From: Rhizaria sp. SCN 62-66
Taxonomy: Eukaryota
NCBI GenBank assembly: GCA_001724265.1
Contig: MEDY01000019.1
Span: forward strand, 1-64,000
DNA: 64,000 nucleotides
Reading direction: 5' to 3'
Notes under the pieces: generated by a model
The model's database searches: none
Told to the model about the DNA's origin: nothing
The model's input: only the letters and a program-made list of their open reading frames with translations
Position numbers and translations under genes: made by a program
Shown here: in pieces, positions 62,075 to 64,000 of the stretch
How positions within the stretch are numbered: position 1 is the first letter of the stretch
Layout: each line of letters starts with the position of its first letter

Positions 62075-62995
62075 ATGCGTACCTGGACTATTCTGGCGCT
62101 CCTTGCGCTTTTTGTGTGCGCGTTCGCGTTCGCGACCGAGGTCGACCTCCCCCCGGCTAACTTTGCTAGCCCCGTCACTAAGGTCTTCACGAGCTCGGAG
62201 CAGATGCAGTCCGCTCTCAAGGGCCACCGCGCTCTTGTGTGCTTCTTCAACGCTCGTTGCCCCCACTGCAAGAGCTTTGTGACTGACTTCATCAACGCCG
62301 CCCGCAAGTCGCACTCTGACGGCCCCAAGGACGTCGGTTTCTACGCCATGGACGCCGAGCTCAACCCCCACATCCCCCCCGGGTTCGTCTTCTCCCACTT
62401 CCCCGGCATCTTCTACGTCGATGCCTCGGGCAACAAGATCCCCTACACCGACAGCCGCGACTCGTTCACGATCCACAACTTCGTCAAGCAGGCCGCGGCC
62501 GGCAAGCCGTCGCTGCTCGAGACCAGTGTTGAGGACACCATCAACCACTACAAGTCGCTCATGACCGTCCAGGCTCAGGCCGAGAACGTCCCCGCCGAGT
62601 GCCGCCGCCAGGAGCCTTTCTCCATGATTGAGTCCGAGGCCGAGTCCGAGGCCGACGCCGAGGTTGATGCCGAGGCCGACGCTGAGGCCGAGGAGGAGGG
62701 TGAGGCTGACGAGGAGGCTGAGGAGGAGGGTGAGGCTGATGCCGAGGCCGAGACCGAGTCCGAGCAGGAGCAGGAGCAGAAGACCGAGGTTGACGCCGAG
62801 GCCGAGGCTTCCCTGCTCGAGGTCGAGGCTGAGACCGAGGTTGACGCTGAGGCCGAGGCCGAGGTTGACGCCGAGGCCGAGCTCGAGGCCGAGCTCGACG
62901 CCGAGGTCGAGATGGAGGAGGAGGGCGATGCTGACGCCGACGCTGACGCTGATGCCGACGTCGAGGCCGAGGCCGAGACCGAGGAGGACGCGTAA
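62075..62995 (+). CDS. Secreted thioredoxin/PDI-like protein (CPHC) with a ~120-aa Glu/Ala/Asp tail (306 aa)
   Basis: Signal peptide MRTWTILALLALFVCAFAFA; LVCFFNARCPHCKSF; cis-Pro loop SHFPGIFYV; acidic tail. Stop TAA. Confidence 0.85.
   Translation: MRTWTILALLALFVCAFAFATEVDLPPANFASPVTKVFTSSEQMQSALKGHRALVCFFNARCPHCKSFVTDFINAARKSHSDGPKDVGFYAMDAELNPHIPPGFVFSHFPGIFYVDASGNKIPYTDSRDSFTIHNFVKQAAAGKPSLLETSVEDTINHYKSLMTVQAQAENVPAECRRQEPFSMIESEAESEADAEVDAEADAEAEEEGEADEEAEEEGEADAEAETESEQEQEQKTEVDAEAEASLLEVEAETEVDAEAEAEVDAEAELEAELDAEVEMEEEGDADADADADADVEAEAETEEDA
62629..62992 (+). repeat. Degenerate GAG-GCC/GAC-GCC coding repeat (E/A/D dipeptides)
   Basis: Recurrent gaggccgag, gaggttgacgcc and gaggaggagggtgaggct units. 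Confidence 0.85.
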
Positions 62996-63667
62996 GCAAA
63001 TGGCTTCGCGTGCGCTTCGTTTAAGTAGCTTTAACAATAGTTGTAGTTATCTAGGCAATGGGAGCCATCTTTAATTGTCGCGTGATTAATAATACACATG
63101 TACACTTTTGTGAACACATTCAAGTTGTATATCTCCATTTTATTCGTTTCTTGTTTTGCTTTCAGCTTGTTTTGCGACATCGTTCTTCCGAATGTAACTA
63201 AACATATCTGGCCAATTCAAGCATAAAACAACTTAAAGAATGCTACTTAATGACTAAAATCGACAAGGAACACAAGATAGAGCTGCAGAAAGAGCATTTC
63301 CATTAATGGTAAGTGACTGTGCGCATATTTTTTGGTGCTGAGCTGATAACGGCAACTTGAAGCGTAGCGCTGACCTCCAGACCACTTGAAAAGCTCGCAA
63401 CAACAAAACCACACCGAGATGACCTGTGACATCAGAACACTACATCAGCCAATAATAAGCTTGTAGATAGCTTAATCTTACCTGATCACATTCTATTATA
63501 CCTCAACATTTCTCTAACATAAAAGCAATGATGCGCAATCATTACTTTCTTGCTCATCCTCGCGCAACCCCTATCTTGACTCTCTCTCTCTCGCCTTCGC
63601 TCATTCGCCTCTTGCCCTGCCTGTGCTTCTTCGCACCTCGAACGTTAACCCAGCTTCTTTCTTCGCG

Positions 63668-64000
63668 ATGCGTTTCTCCAGCGCCCTCCTGGTTTTCTTC
63701 CTCGCCTTCGTCGCGCTCTCCACCGTTGCGGCCGACGACTCCGTGACTTCGACCGCGGTAGCCGCGCCCGCCACGCCCCCAGTCAACCCCGCGATCGAGG
63801 CCTTCGCGCGCGTGGACCCCGAGCGCGACCCCGCGCCCGCAGGCTTTGCTGTTTTCCGCACCTGGACGCCCGCGTCGTGCGGCGCGCAGGTCAAGTCCGG
63901 CGATGAGATCCACCTCATGTACACGGCCCGCTTCGCTCCCGACACACCTGCCGGCACCCCCAACGCCGTGTTCGACCAGACGACAACGCCCGTGGTGCTG
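63668..64000 (+). CDS. Third secretory FKBP-like protein (5' part; runs off the window)
   Basis: MRFSSALLVFFLAFVALSTVAA…PAGFAVFRTWTPASCGAQVKSGDEIHLMYTARFAP…AVFDQT, i.e. signal peptide plus an FKBP N-terminal half that parallels the 40 kb paralogue (VKPGQLVEMSFTGR…AIFDST). Absent from the ORF track because there is no stop in the window. Confidence 0.75.
   Translation, partial: MRFSSALLVFFLAFVALSTVAADDSVTSTAVAAPATPPVNPAIEAFARVDPERDPAPAGFAVFRTWTPASCGAQVKSGDEIHLMYTARFAPDTPAGTPNAVFDQTTTPVVL

Noticed and set aside
1-64000. Transposons, viral genes, CRISPR arrays, rRNA
   Set aside because: No transposase, RT, integrase or capsid motifs, terminal repeats, repeat-spacer arrays or rRNA-like sequence recognised.

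Overview
Gene-dense eukaryotic (protist-like) nuclear DNA with GC-rich exons and short AT-rich GT-AG introns (101-270 nt; 10 of 12 donors are GTACG). I can build 12 complete protein genes and one truncated gene. They are: a giant ~9,047-aa multi-pass surface receptor-like protein, MMAA/MeaB GTPase, a degenerate membrane-anchored Cu/Zn-SOD-fold protein, a STE20/GCK kinase, three secretory FKBP paralogues, a coiled-coil/PDZ protein, a TRIC/TMEM38-like channel, gamma-tubulin complex component 6, an unknown mitochondrial-type protein, LRRC61-like, and a secreted acidic thioredoxin. The main result is three isolated in-frame TAG codons inside otherwise intact reading frames: 25413-25415 (minus strand, giant gene) and 48086-48088 and 53513-53515 (plus strand, GCP6). 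All 12 genuine gene ends use TAA (9) or TGA (3), never TAG. This points to UAG being decoded as sense, either a non-standard nuclear genetic code or UAG-specific recoding/editing. The supplied ORF track wrongly splits both genes at these codons. All family assignments come from motif recognition by eye; no database searches were run.
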